DNA of 64,000 bases from Nitrospirota bacterium (lineage in GTDB: Bacteria; Nitrospirota; UBA9217): positions 29,932-93,931 of the forward strand of contig CAVVOB010000035.1 of assembly GCA_963749655.1 (NCBI GenBank), written 5' to 3'. A model generated the notes under the pieces. It was not told the DNA's origin, did not search any database, and saw only the letters and a program-made list of their open reading frames with translations. This document shows positions 62,851 to 64,000 of the stretch, piece after piece (positions within the stretch are counted from its first letter, which is position 1; every line of letters starts with the position of its first letter). Made by a program: the position numbers and the translations under genes.

Positions 62851-64000
62851 TCGTGAAAGATGTTTTTTGACGCCCTTCCGTCGACGCCGGCCGTTCTTCC
62901 AGAGGATCTGCTCGGCGACCAGGTGCTGGGCGAGGTACCTGTTCAGCTTCTGGTTCACTTCCTGGAAATAGAGGCGCGTAGTGTAGAGCGTAAGCAGGAT
63001 ATAGAGAATGCCAATCAGAAGGAACAGTCCGAGCAGGACCGCGGCAAGCCGTGTGCAACTTTCCCTGAACATACACATTTTCCAGGTCGGAGACTTCGGC
63101 GAACTTGTACCCCACTCCGCGCGCGCTCCAGGATGTAGCGGGGCCTGGCAGGGACCTTGTTCAATTTGCCGCGAAGACGGTTGATGTGGGAGTTGACCGT
63201 GTGCTCGTAGCCTTCGTATCCGTTAGTCCATTCAAAAGCTCCAGCCGCGTGTAAACCCTTCCCGGATGCCACGAACTGAAACCACAAGATCGAACTCCTT
63301 TGCCGTGAGCACGACCGGTTTTCCCCCCGCGCAGGACTTGCCGCCTGTCCTGATCGATGGACATGTCGCAACATGATGACCTTGTGATCATCGGGCAGCG
63401 TCGTTTTAGGATCCCCGTGGCCCAGCAGAACAAGCCCCTTACCCGGGCCGGCAGCTTGGCGATTGTGAAGGGCTTGGTGACATCGTCGGCCGGATCTCGA
63501 GACCGAGCACGCACGGTGGAATTCTCCGCTGACCTGGCGGTGAGCATAGGATCGACGTGGCGGCGGACCAAGCGCGCACGCAGCAGCATTCTCCAGGGCG
63601 TCCACACCGGGAGCATGATGTCCAGGATGGTGGTCTGGAGCCCGCCAGCTCAACCAGTTGCGTGCCGTGGACGCGCCGTGCGCACCGCAAAGCCGGCGTC
63701 CTCGAGGTGCATTTTCACCAGCCTGGCGATGTCCTCGTCGTCTTCGATGATCAGGATGGTCCGCGACATGCTCCAAAGCTCTGCTTCTTTTGGCGTACCA
63801 CAGCAGATTGTAGGAAGTTGAGAAACGCTATCCCGCAGCCTGACCCTGGAAATGGACTTTGAACCCGCAGCAGCCGCTTACCGAATTTTGGACTCGAACT
63901 TAAAAACTAAGAACTCACAACTACGGACATTTCTACACCTCCCCCAAATCCCCTGTCAAACCCCTTGCCTAATTCGTCAAATTATAGTAATGTCGTATTG

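Larger units (their letters stand above)
61668..64000. other. Foldback inverted duplication centred near 62850 (probable long-read chimera)
   Basis: About 62857-63995 is the reverse complement of about 61668-62840 with many extra indels and substitutions in the second arm. Confidence 0.88.

Noticed and set aside
62857-64000. Second, inverted copy of the response regulator/kinase pair
   Set aside because: It is the noisy mirror arm of the foldback and includes the same upstream intergenic sequence.

Overview
A 64-kb bacterial chromosomal window, mostly GC-rich with AT-rich accessory patches. Gene content suggests an anaerobe of Nitrospirota/deltaproteobacterial type; this is inference only. 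Many conserved genes are split by 1-bp indels, and the last ~1.15 kb is an error-rich reverse-complement copy of the preceding sequence. Both point to an unpolished long-read assembly rather than mass pseudogenisation. Core content: MCP-cheW, moxR-DUF58-transglutaminase, a polyamine operon (speD-speE-decarboxylase), sensor kinases and an HD-GYP regulator, an ASKHA/RACo-like ATPase, tusA-dsrE-kinase, malQ, an OYE/TetR module, flotillin-NfeD, pssA, two toxin-antitoxin pairs, GGDEF, DUF294 and an archaeal-type SAM synthetase. Most notable: (1) an integrase-less integron cassette array (~28.1-33.1 kb) with three attC sites plus a half site, carrying HNH, HhH-glycosylase-like, PD-(D/E)xK, SIR2-like and membrane genes that are candidate defence factors; (2) a structured leader before TTG-started speD with a SAM-I-like P3 signature; (3) multi-pass membrane proteins fused to Geobacter-PilA-like pilin domains; (4) several families of small palindromic repeats, one inserted in frame inside a kinase ATPase domain. 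No rRNA, tRNA, CRISPR array or transposase was recognised.
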